NCBI RefSeq assembly: GCF_022539665.2
Contig: NC_081331.1
Coordinates: 7,502,001 to 7,566,000 of the forward strand
Length of the DNA stretch: 64,000 bases
Direction of reading: 5' to 3'
Source: Daphnia carinata
Lineage: Eukaryota
Shown: piece by piece, positions 52,820 through 64,000 of the stretch
Numbering within the stretch: the stretch's first letter is position 1
Layout: every line of letters starts with the position of its first letter
Translations under genes and position numbers: made by a program
The notes under the pieces: model-generated
Database searches by the model: none
What the model was told of the DNA's origin: nothing
Seen by the model: only the letters and a program-made list of their open reading frames with translations

Positions 52820-55800
52820 ATGAGTGTAGCCGTACCCAAAGCCGAAAATATGGAAATTGGCCACATTTGGGAACACGACCCCAACCCGAAGGTAGATGAA
52901 TCGAAACCTGAACGGCAGAAGAGTGAACGGCCATTACTTCCCGAAAACGATCTTAAGAAGAAACGTGGGAAGAGAAAGGCGGCCCACACGAAGTTAAGGA
53001 CACAACTCAGAAAGGCAGTGGAAGACCACAAGATGGGAGCCATCAGATTGAAGAAGTTACAAATAAACGCATGGCGTGACGAATTGATTCGTATATACGA
53101 AGAAGTCAAAACAATTCACAACCAGTATACAGAAAGTATATCCGGCCTGACTGAGCAACAACGTCAAGCATGTGACAAGTGGGAAGTAGATTTCGAAACG
53201 GATCACGTCGAAATCATCAAATTCGCGAGCCGATATGCCACTTCCTCGAATCAATCCGTCAGCTCCATTGGGACATCAGCCTCGGATATCACATGCAGTA
53301 CCACGTTATCCGAAAAAAGGCGTACCAACGTTAAACCAACCAGCCGTCTCCAACAATCAATCCAAGGGGAGTTGGAAACTGAAGCACAGATGCTGAAGCT
53401 GGAGGTGAAGTTGGAAACAGCCAGGGCTCAGATGGAGTCAAACACAACTTCCATCACAGAAACCCTCAACAAGGCGTTAAGGAGCATGAGTGAACAGCTG
53501 AGTAAACTCATTGATAGTTCAAGAGACACGTCCCAAGACATAGCGACCAACAACACGTTAGTCCGGGAAGCACATCACACGTTGGACGGTTTGGATCAGA
53601 AAATTGACGTAGTTAAGGTGGAGTTAGCCGCAAAAATCGAAGACCTTCGAACGGAAGTAGACGTGATAAGGGTACAACCTCGAACGATCCAAGATCAACG
53701 ACCTCGCGAGCAATTACAAGTCTTAACAACCCGTCGAGACGTTTCCACCCTATCGCCCTTCCGTACGATGGAAGATGCAGTCCGACATCGCAGAAGATTG
53801 GTCGCCGCCGATGCATCTCTACGAGACCCGCGGCAAGGGACGATGGCCAATATGAAGTCTAGTTGCGACCCTAAGGATCACGATAAAGATGGCCGGTCTG
53901 AACGTTCACACACCCACAGTCAAGCCAATCGACCCCACAACAGCTGCTGCAGTCGCCTACAACCTCCAAACTTCAAGATCCAGCCGTTTGACGGTAACCC
54001 GAAGAATTATGCGCGATTCAAGACCAAATTCCAGGCCTTGTATGAAGAGGATGAAGATTCTCCGGTACTTCTCTTCATGTTGGAGGAGCTGGTGACCGAA
54101 GAGATACGAAACGAAATCGGCGAATGTCTGACCGATGGAACAATGTACGCTGTGGTGTGGGAACGTTTGGACGCGGTCTACGGCCGAACTGAGATCATGG
54201 ACCAGACATACCTCGACGACCTTCTACAGGTCCCGCCATTGAAGAGCTTAGATGCTGCCAGCCTCAAGACTTTCGCAAATCGTCTTCATGGTACAGTAGC
54301 CACGCTCTCCAAGTCGAAGTATGCCCACGAGCTACACAGCCATACCACCTTGATGGCCCTGGAAGCAAAATTAACGCCTCACCTCAAAGACAAGTGGAAC
54401 GAGAAACGAAAAAAGACAGGCGTAGAACTGAATGTTCTAGACTTAGACGACTGGGTTACGTTTAAATCCATGAGCAAGCAACATGGAAAAAATGTATTCG
54501 AGTCTCTACCCACGTCGACGTCCAAAGGTGTAAAGTTCGACGAAAGGAAGCCCGTCAAGAGACCCAGCTTCCCACACATGTCGACCATTGGACACGTATC
54601 GACGAGGGAAGGTTCGAAAGTAGCGGCGTCAACATCTTCAGCAACCATGCCTCCAAGGAGCCGATCAACATCGGGGAAGATGCAAGCCGAAAAGACGGAA
54701 CGGTGGAAATGCTTTGTATGTAACGGTAGGAGCCACCATCTTTCAACCTGCACCGTTCTCATGTCTCTCACGCCCATGAAAAGGGCTGAGAAAGTATTCA
54801 AGTCCGGAAGATGTCTGTTATGTCTTACGGGAAAGCACGAACGCAAGGAGTGTCCCAGGGACGTCAGCTGTACTATCGCTGATTGTACTGGAACCCGTCA
54901 CCACACCTTGCTTCATGGATCAGAATTCACCCCATTGAGGAGGCTAGCGGATCCAACTGCTCCATCAGCGCCACCTTCGACAGCATTCCTTGGGACCTTG
55001 ACCCATTTGGAAACAGTAAAACGACGTGTACGTTTCAAGATCGTACCGGTCCGTGTTGGAACTGGCAAAACGCGGGTCGACACTTTCGGTTTCCTGGATA
55101 CCGGAAGCGACACCACGCTGATTCGGAGCGACTTAGCAAAGAAGTTGGGACTCGTTGGGCCATCTAAACGCATCAACGTTGTCTCGTATGACGGAGCCAC
55201 GTCTAACGTTACGGCTTCCGTAGTAAACTTCGCCTTAACATCTCGTGATGGTCAAAGCCAGTTTGAAGTCAAGCACGCTTACGCCATCGACAATTTGAAG
55301 GTGACGCCGAATTCGCCGATCGACCCTCGACAGTTGGAGTCATGGAAACATCTACGTGGTATTGACGTCCCGACTGTGCAACAAGAGGACGTGACCGTGC
55401 TGATAGGAATCGACGTCGCAGAGGCCCATGATCATGTAGCTTCCATCAAGCCGCCGGCTGGAACGACTGGGCCCATCGCCTTCAAGACGCCGTTTGGCTG
55501 GTGTTTGGGTGGACAAACGGGCCCGCCACAAGACGGACGCCCGTTCATCACTCATCTGGCCACCGAGGAACGTCCCGAAGACCTGAACGAGCTGGTGAAG
55601 ATGTTCTGGCAACTTGAGGCCAGTGAAGTAGAAATAGAACTACCCGTTCTATCTGGGAAAGACTTGGAACGACGTGGAAAACGCATCCTAGAATCTTCCG
55701 TGAAACGTTTTTGGTAACCAGTACCAAGTCGGCATAATGTGGAGAGCCGACGACGTAAATCTCCCAAACAATCGGGCATCTGCATTGAAGAGGCTCTACG

Positions 55801-58800
55801 CCCTCGAACGACGTTTTCATCGAGACGCGGAGTTTACCCAAAGGTAAGATGCAGTGGTAAAGGAGTACATCGGCTTAAAACATGCCCGAATCCTCACGAC
55901 CCAAGAAGCCCAGACGGAGACAAACAAGACGTGGTATTTACCACACCACGGGGTCGTGAGCCAATCCAGCTCATCGACCAAAGTTCGTGTTGTATTCGAT
56001 GGAGCTGCTGAGGTTGGTGGCACGTCGATTAATCAAAGCCTGCCTCGGGGACCTAACCTCCTCGTTAGCCTGCTTGGTGTACTCAACCGCTTCCGCCGCA
56101 ACCTCATACCAGTCGGGGCGGACATTGAGAAAATGTTTCACCAAGTGAAAGTCCCGGAAGAAGACCAGGCAGCATTCCGATTTCTCTACCTTACGCCTGG
56201 CAGTATTTCTGCTCCGTTAACGTACCAGATGACGGTTCACGTATTTGGAGCTATATCCTCCCCAACGAGCTGCATCTTCGCCCTCAACAGGACGGCCAAT
56301 GAACACCGCAGCCAGTTTCCAGACGTAGCTGATAGCGTTCGACGTATTTTCTACCTCGATAATTATCTGGACCCCTTCGACTCCGAAGACGAGGTTATAC
56401 GACGGTCCTGCGAAATGAAGTCTCTTCTCCAGTTAGGAGGCTTCAATTTGACAAAATGGACGTCGTCATCGAGAACGGTAATTCCAGCGTTACGAGAATT
56501 CGGCCTCGCGTCACCAACACTGGATCTGGACTTGGAGAAACTCCCCGTCGAGAGAACCCCTGGAGTAATGTGGGACAGCGAGCGAGATATGCTGACTTTC
56601 AAGATTCGGAAGCCGCCCAACAACGTGACCCTCACGAAGCGAGTCTTCCTAAGCATCATCTCTAGCGTCTATGACCAGTTGGGACTTGTTGCACCAGTTA
56701 TCTTCGTAATGAAGTCTTGCTCCAAGACATCTGGACCAACGAAGATCGGATCGGTTGGGACGACGTCGTACCGGAAGCATTGAGTCAACGTTTCTACTGC
56801 TGGTACGACCATCTGGAAAATTTGGATTTTCTGTCAGTGCCGAGATGCTTCCGTTTCAACCGAGGACGTAGGACTCAACAGCACCTCCACGTCTTCACGG
56901 ATGCAAGCTACAAAGGGTACGGAGCGGTAGCCTATTTCCGCACGGTATCCGAAGATCAGTCGATCAACGTGTCTTTCGTTATGTCAAAAACACACGTCAC
57001 GCCGGTGAAAGATCTCACGATTCCACGTTTGGAGCTACAAGCTGCCGTAGAAGGTCTCAACATCGCCCTCACGATTTGCCCTGAACTAGAAATCCATTTG
57101 CGCCAAGTGACCTTCCACTCGGACTCATAAACGGTGTTGCGGTGGATCCATTCCAAAACTTGTCGATTTGAAGTATTCGTCAACAACCGCATTGGAAAAT
57201 TACTCTGGAACACAGGTCGTCGACAATGGCTTCACGTTGCTGGAGACTTGAACCCAGCGGACCTCTGCAGTAGAGGTATCGACCCAAAGGATGCCAACGA
57301 ACTGGTACACTTTCATCGCGGGCCATCTTTCCTGAATCTAGACCCCTCGGAATGGTACACTTGGGAAGAGATCGCGGAGCCGGAAGAACGAGACGTAAAC
57401 GTGATTCGTGTCTTGGCAGTCAAAACGGAAGATGAAAATCATTTCATCGATCGATGTGTCGCACGTTTTTCCAGTTTGTTGAGACTTCAACGAGTGCTGG
57501 CCTGGAGTACAAGTTTGCCAACAACGCCAGAGCGAAACTACGTGACGAAAAACCCATGATCGGAGAGATAACGTTAGAAGAAATGGTAACGTCACTGACA
57601 AAATGCGTCGTACGCGCGCAAGAATTGGCCTTTGCTGAAGAAGTCTACGCCCTTCGCAAGAATCTGGAATTACCACTCAGATCAAAACTTCGCACCTTCC
57701 AGCCCTTCTTGGATGAAGCTGGACAGATGCGAATTGGCGGACGTTTTCTTCAAGCGCCGATCGACTATGCAGCCAAGCACCCCATACTTCTGCCAGCATC
57801 AACCCTTAACGAAAAGGATAATTTGGGATTATCACGTTAGAAACATGCACGTCAAGACTGATAGAGATTGCTGACGGACCTCCGTTCACGCTTTTGGATA
57901 CTTTCCGGACGCAAGGGGGAAAATTCGGTCATCAACAACTACTGGCCTTGCAAGCGCACGTCGGCAAAACCTAGTCCTCCGTTGATGGCTTCAGTACCAG
58001 CCAAACGTTCAGTACCAGTTTAATACCCCATCTACCTGCGTTCACGTACACTGGATCGACTACTTTGGACCCTTGACTGTACGAGTTGGTGGAAGGGGAA
58101 GAAGACACGAAAAACGTTGGGTCAGCCTATTCACGTGCCTGACGACGCGAGCTGTTCACTTAGAGGTAGCCAACGGACTTAGTATGGAAGAATTCTTACT
58201 CTGTTTTTCCCGTTTTGTGAGTCTACGCGGAAAACCTAAGGTCGTTTACAGCGACAATGGAACGAACTTTGTCGCCGCCGACCAGGAGTTGCGGCAAGCC
58301 TTGGAAGAACTCACCAGTAAACACGAAGAGCTCCAAACAGTGATGGCTTGTCAACAAATTGAGTGGCACTTCTCTCCACCCGATGGGCCTCACTTCGGTG
58401 GTGTTTGGGAGAGGATTGTACAATCCTGCAAACGGGCAATGTAAACCACCATCGGTAATTGCCTGGTTACGGACCAAGTGCTACGAACCGTAATCGCTGA
58501 AGTAGCAGCTTTGTTAAATGCCCGGCCGTTAACTCATCTGAGTATGGATCCAGAAGACCCGGATCCCCTAACACCGAACCATTTTCTATACGGTGGAGCT
58601 CGGCCGTACGTGTCCCTCCAATTGGCCGACGTGGAAGACCTGAACGTAACCAACAAGCAGTTTCTGCAAAGTCGGGCCATCCTCCAACATTTTTGGAATA
58701 GATGGCTACGTGAATACGTTCCACACCTAACAGAAAGGAGAAAATGGCAAGGAAATAGGCCTAACGTCACCGTGGGAGACCTAGTACTTGCAGTTGAACC

Positions 58801-59008
58801 AAATACTTTGCGTGGGCAGTGGCCGATGGACAAAGTGTTGAAAGTTATTCCCAGTGCTACGGATAATGTTCTTCGAGTCATAAAAGTCAAGCTCAGCAAC
58901 CATCCAAAACCATGTATTCGGTCGGTGGCCAAATTATGTATCATGGTTGCAGCAAAGGAACAACAAGTTTACGCAAAAGAAGAAAAAACGGAACCTTCCA
59001 CAGCGTAA
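52820..59008 (+). pseudogene. BEL-B2 gag-pol (965-aa open gag-protease, then frameshifted RT-RH-IN)
   Basis: FDGNPKNY gag motif, CFVC..SHHLSTC/CLLC...H...C knuckles, FLDTGSDTT protease, RT (ADIEKMFHQV, YLDN), FTDAS RNase H, and integrase SDNGTNF/GGVWER. Confidence 0.95.
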
Positions 59009-59375
59009 ACGTTCAACCTCAATATTGTAAAAATGTAAGCACTGTTTGTAATGGAGCTACATTTAGTAGCTCCTCTTGTAAAACACGAATTGCAAATGCA
59101 AATCAAAACAAACAAGTAAAATCACAATGCCAGCACTCAACTGTAAACAACGTAGGAAAATCGCAACTCAAACTCTGGTGGAGAAGTCACTAAGCTTAGC
59201 GCCACCTATATTCAAGTTCAAATGTAGGGCAAAGGGCAAAAGTCAGGTCGTTTGCTGTTTAGTACAAAAAAAACTGGAAACTGTTTAGCCTAATATGCTA
59301 GCAGACAGCATTTAGTCGACCTAACTTCGTCTAAGTGAAACGTGATCCTGTGAATTCCTACGTGCAACGTGAAAC

Positions 59376-60026
59376 ATGGCCGAGAATCCAATGCCATCCC
59401 CAGCATCGGTAAAGGAAAAACTAAAAGAGAGTCATGAGAGGGAAGAGGAGTGCGCGGCCAACCTCGCCGAAACAATGGAAAAGCTCGAGTGCTAAAAGGG
59501 AGGCCGTCGAGAAAGTGTATGGGTACCAGCTGGCCATCATAGACATCGACAAGGAAATGAAAAAACTTTCTGAGGATCTCGTCAACGTGCACGTCCACTT
59601 CCGAGCCGAGCGTGAGACACTGATGAGCGGATATATCGGGTCTCCTTTTTACGCAAAGCTCGGGAGGCGGCGGCCGAAGAGCCGGTAGCCACTCCAGTCT
59701 CTACACCCGCACGTCCCACGTTCGTGGTCCCTCTCCACACGCCCATCATCCTGTGCTTTTTAAAGTCACACGTGTTGGGACCGACCGCCTGCAGAAAGAA
59801 GGCCACGGAGTGTGAGGAGTTCATGCTGCTTACAAACCAGGATAAATTGGAACTTCTCTTTGCCCAGCGACGGTGTTTTGGTTGCTTTGTTCCAACCGCC
59901 GTCGCCAGGCACACAAAGACAGCGGACTGTACCCATCCCCGATGTTGTACGTTGTGCAACACACAAGATCATCATCAGATCTTGTGTGCGCCAAAAAGGA
60001 CGTACAACAACCTGCTCACTCACTAA
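59376..60026 (+). pseudogene. BEL-B2 extra 3' ORF (homolog of 38049-38726)
   Basis: MAENPMPSPASVKEKLKESHEREEE...(frameshifts)...VNVHVHFRAERETLMSGYIGS...CEEFMLLTNQDKLELLFAQRRCFGCFVPTAVARHTKTADCTHPRCCTLCNTQDHHQILC. Confidence 0.82.
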
Positions 60027-61640
60027 GGATGGCCCATCATCTCGTCTAGTTTTCAAGTATTCAGCTGCTGGGAGACTTTCACATCCACTTTGTTTTTTTT
60101 TGGTGTGTTGCACCACGAAGTTTGTCTCTTTGTTGTTTTCTTTTGTTTCTTTTCTTAATTTGCACCTGTTCTCACGGTGGGTCCCGCTGTCACCTACGGT
60201 GCTGCCCTCGCGGGCAGGGCTTTATTGTGTGCCCATTTGATTTTGCTTTTACCCCTTTCTATGGAAAGGGGCAGTATTGTATCAAGTCTCAACCCAGACA
60301 GTTGTCTTGTCTCGTCCCCGTCTCATTTTCAGTCTCGATTCGTTTTTGTCCCCCTCGTTTTGTTTCAATCAAGCGTGTTGTCCTTTGTTCATTCCAAATC
60401 CAGCAATAAAGTCTGTTTCCCTTTCTCATCGTCATCTTTCGTTCACCCTCATCCTTCATCTTCTCTCATTTCTCTTACTCTGTTGCAAACCCCTGCACGA
60501 GAGTTTGTAACATAGCCCGTTTCTAATTTCATGGAAGCATGTTGTAGTCATTACGGTGACCTGGCCTGATCCTGAGATAAACCGGCGTTTATCGAGCGAA
60601 GTCAAGAGTCCGAGCAGTGGGTACTGCCCGTCCTGAAGTATCCCCAAAGCTCCTGGCACAGCCAGTCGTGAGATTCCAAACTTTTTAACCTTCCACGAGA
60701 AGCATTTTTGATGCGATCAGTTGTTTTAATTTTTTAGCGATCCTTTATTAGGTGCAATGTGACGGAAAATTAAAAAGAACAGTTTAAGTTTGACGGATGC
60801 ATGGACCATAGTTGAGTAAATCTATAGAAACTTATTAAATTAGAAGTTAGATAAGAAATCGGAAAAATCTGTATTGTACTAAAGTTGCAGTTTCCAGTCA
60901 GGTCCGTTTCCCATTATTATCGGTGTTCAATGGGCTGTTGCATTCAAACCCCACGTTGTTGAAGATGAAGCATGTGCAATAAAAGTAAAGACGGGGTAGC
61001 AATGTCTGAGTACGGTGATGAAAAAACTTTAATTTAAGAGAATACCTCTCAAAATTTAGGTTATACAACTATTGATGAGACCATATCTTTCCACCTTTTT
61101 AAATGCCCTTCGTCTAATATGTTCGTCTAGCTTGTCCTTTTTTAGGCAAAGATACTTAAACAAGGCTTTCTCGCTATTTGCTAATGGTAAATAAAACTGC
61201 TCGGGTCATAAAATGAACAGATTGCTTTAAGTACAGCGTCCTTGGTTGTTGTCCCTGTAGCTGCCGAAATAGTAGGAATGTGGACGTGTCGTGATTGCAG
61301 ACAACATCTAAGGTGTTTCATGCAATCGATGGGACGATGTTCTCCCCTTTGCTTAGCCTCGGGCCACATTGCTGTTGATGAAGCCCCAAGTTTTGCGCAA
61401 AATATTAGCATAGGACAGGATTTGGTTAGCTTTACGAAAATATATACACAGCCAATAATAACGTGGTCGACCAAAACCCATTGCTGCACATTTTTTACAA
61501 CTGCTGATGCATTCCTATTGTAAAGCTTGGCCACAACGGTGGAGGACAAGCTAAACAAAATAAAGATAGTTAGGAATGTTTTTACTTACAGTGGGCGCAT
61601 GTCGAGAACGGCGGATGGTGGCGAAAAAACACAACACAGT

Positions 61641-61917
61641 TGTAAGTGAAAATCAAGTTTTTATTCAACACACTTGGCACAGAGCACCGTTACACTCCGA
61701 CTCACAGAAACTGACTGATTTACAGATTTTCAGGGGGAACATTTTATAGGTAAGTAGAAGGTCGAATTGGTTAGTACTTCGGGAAGGGTAGGGAATTTTG
61801 CCGTGTAAATTTAACACAGAGGTGCGAAAAGGGGCATGGCCGGTTCTTGGAGGTTAAAGCCCTCTGTGGGAACCACGGTCGGTGTGGGGAAACGGTGCCG
61901 GCGGGTTGTCCCTTACA
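61641..61917 (-). repeat. 3' LTR of a minus-strand env-bearing (probably Gypsy-like) retroelement
   Basis: Inverted termini TGTAAG...CTTACA. The minus strand carries TATAAAA (~61742-61748), TCAGT and AATAAA (~61660-61665) in LTR order. It lies downstream of env; the partner LTR is outside the window. Confidence 0.7.
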
Positions 61918-61950
61918 TACCTTACGGCCGTGGAAGATTGCGTCCCGCAA

Positions 61951-62649
61951 TCACGATGTGATGATGAGGGATAGAGTTGACTCACTGTCGTAGGAGTGAT
62001 ATCCAGATGTCTCACTTGGAGAGTCGGATATGTTGATTACTTCTACTTCGTTCTGCACCCATTTTTCTTCTTGCACTTGACCAGGGGATGCTGGTGGAGC
62101 CAAAAAGGTTTCATCGAGGGGTTCGTTGGGCTGGTAATCTCCGAACGTCGGGGTGGAGCACCTCGGGAAGTGGTCGTCGTAGTCGTACCCCTTCTGATAT
62201 CCAGTGTTTACGTAATACTGGGTGGGTACATATTCTCTGATGCGGGAGTCGTCGTCGTCGGTGACGAAATGTCCCGGCGTAACTCCGACGCGCCACGAGG
62301 CCCGGTCTTCTTCTGCTCCGTCTAATTTCCTCTTCTTACTGCGGTGCCGCTCGATGTTGTCGTTCAGCGCCGCCGCATGCAGGTTCCGGTCGGTGATGGG
62401 AAGCTGATGGTCGACATCTTCGGCTCCTTCGCCATGGTAGCAGATGAAGACGAAACTGGCGCCCGAACAGTTCCGAAAATTTTGAGGGGTACGCCAACCG
62501 AGGGTTGTGCGGTGGTAAGAGACGGCTGGTCTGCTGTTTTCGGCGGGTCAGCACCAGGGGCAGGTTTCTTCCGTGTGGCTGTGGCTGCAAACTGGGCGGG
62601 TTTCGTAAGCGGTTGCAATAGTTCTTCTTGCTGTTGCGGTTGAAGACAC
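61951..62649 (-). pseudogene. Accessory ORF between env and 3' LTR (233 codons, one internal stop)
   Basis: The frame is open from 62547 to 61954 (198 codons) and is extended upstream past one TGA (62548-62550). It contains CSHSH..CPWC, RSKKRKLD, and an acidic/Pro-Ser tail with VEVINISDS. No ATG seen. Confidence 0.55.
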
Positions 62650-63379
62650 AATGATTCTGCTGATGTCAGGTTGTAGCTTAAATAGCACGGCAGGTAGGAG
62701 CAGGGAGGGGATTTTTTTTTTACTTGATCAATGGCGAAAGGGGAATAGATCGTGGGAAAAGGGATAACGATGGTAACCAAGGTCAGCGTTATGGTGGATC
62801 GTGGGAACGTAGGGTTGATCGTGGGTAAAAAAAGGAAGCGGTCTATCGTGGGAAAAAGGGGTAAAACAAAATGGCGGAGGGTAAATTGCGGAACATACAA
62901 ATGGAAGTTGCGTGAGGGTTGTGGGTTCAAAACTCCCTTTCGACAAAAAATGACATTGCGAATTTTTGTACGAGACGCAGATTTGTGTTATTGTGTGAGG
63001 CTTCTAGTTTTTACTATTGTTACATTTCAGCATGTATTTAAAGGGTAAAGTAGAAAATGTCTACTACCGCTAGTGTAGCCGGTGGAGTGTAGCTTTTCCT
63101 ACATTGGGCGTCCTATTTGTCGGCCGGGACGGCTCCGAATGCTCGATATACTGCACTGCGGGTGGGACGTTGATGATATTTATGAGAGCTGAGGGTGTAT
63201 TGTGGACGCTTCCATGGCCCCCGGACTCTAAGTCGGTTTCTCTCTTAGCACTGGTTGCTAACCAGTTGAAGAGATTGCACGTCGGTAGCAAGGTAGACAA
63301 GGGATGAATCTAGAAAGGAGGTATCCCAATCCACAAAATCGGAGGCGAGTGCAATGGTGATGCCTATGCCTGAAATAGA

Positions 63380-64000
63380 TCACAAATTCCGAAGCCAGTT
63401 CCCCACTCTGGCCATGAAGGAGATATGAGGGGCGTCGTAAGCGTTCAGTAGGACGTTACTCACTCGGCGGGTGAGCCTTATGTCGGTGGTGCTGTGTTCG
63501 TGTACTGTTGCTAGGATGTCTTCCATGGCTGCGGCCGGGCTCAACGGATTTTGTTTGACCGCTGGGTGCAGCTGTAGAACTGAACCGAGGGTGTTATCTA
63601 CTTCGTATATCAGGGCGTTGATCAGTTTCGTGCCCCTTACTGCCACAGATGGTACTATAGGGTCCCAGGTTCCATTTTTGTAAGTGTGAGCGCACCCGTT
63701 GAAATTGAAGAAACCGGAGTGCCAATAGCATTCTCTATATTCTGTGAGTTCCCATCCTTCTATACTGATGGTGGAGATTTCTACCTTTGGCTGAGGTCCG
63801 CAGTCCATGATGGTTGTTACAAAGGTTACTTCTCGGGCAGCGCACTGGAGCACGGCAACGTCTTTGCCCGTCGGCTGGAGTTTGGTGCATTTCGGCAGAT
63901 TCAAGTAGCTGGCGGCTAGCGACCCATTATATTGCGCCGTGGCGATGGCGTTTTTATGTGCTGTTTCCCGAATTTGACACTGGAGGGCTCGAATTTCTTC
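63380..64000 (-). CDS. env-like glycoprotein (gB/class III fusion-protein-like), partial and probably disabled
   Basis: The frame is open to the window edge: EEIRALQCQIRETAHKNAIATAQYNGSLAASYLNLPKCTKLQPTGKDVAVLQC...CGPQP...CYW..GFFNFNG...NGTW. It has N-glycosylation sequons, and a hydrophobic segment continues past the stop at 63380. Confidence 0.7.
   Translation of the reverse strand, partial: EEIRALQCQIRETAHKNAIATAQYNGSLAASYLNLPKCTKLQPTGKDVAVLQCAAREVTFVTTIMDCGPQPKVEISTISIEGWELTEYRECYWHSGFFNFNGCAHTYKNGTWDPIVPSVAVRGTKLINALIYEVDNTLGSVLQLHPAVKQNPLSPAAAMEDILATVHEHSTTDIRLTRRVSNVLLNAYDAPHISFMARVGNWLRNL

Larger units (their letters stand above)
52226..60512 (+). mobile_element. BEL/Pao LTR retrotransposon, family B copy 2 (full-length, youngest)
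   Basis: LTRs at 52226-52572 and 60188-60512 differ by a few substitutions plus a 22-bp deletion. Perfect 5-bp TSD TAGCC. PBS TGGTGCCGAAACTCGGGA. Confidence 0.98.

Noticed and set aside
54379..58944. Antisense ORFs over BEL gag-pol
   Set aside because: Expected shadow frames of GC-rich coding sequence, with no independent motifs.
60517..61560. Coding-like fragments right of BEL-B2 (e.g. 61181-61558)
   Set aside because: No recognisable family in any frame I translated.
62364..62930. 188-aa minus-strand ORF from the track
   Set aside because: The N-terminal half comes from the repeated CGTGGGAA/low-complexity segment. The overlapping frame 61951-62649 is longer and more protein-like.

Overview
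Eukaryotic, transposon-saturated DNA, probably from a branchiopod crustacean such as Daphnia. That assignment is an inference from the ~60-120 bp introns and the TE and env-like families; it is not proven. No prokaryotic genes, CRISPR arrays or RNA genes are supported. The window holds four LTR-bounded BEL/Pao retrotransposons on + from two related families (A: 12683-20038, 22902-31116; B: 33344-39251, 52226-60512), all with tRNA-Phe primer-binding sites and decayed gag-pol. It also holds a Copia remnant split by BEL-A1, an older minus-strand BEL remnant split by BEL-A2, an apparently intact three-exon hAT transposon (39450-42117), a P-like THAP element with a nested hAT-type MITE, a Gypsy RT relic and an FHA-domain pseudogene. 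There are several copies of a gB-like env gene, including the 3' end of an env-bearing LTR element at the right edge. Two signals stand out. (1) All four BEL elements carry a second sense ORF after integrase encoding a helical N-terminus, a Pro-rich linker and a Gag-like Cys/His knuckle array. (2) The env-bearing element has a ~230-codon accessory ORF between env and its 3' LTR that the ORF track missed, with an NLS-like motif, an acidic tail and a possible internal promoter.
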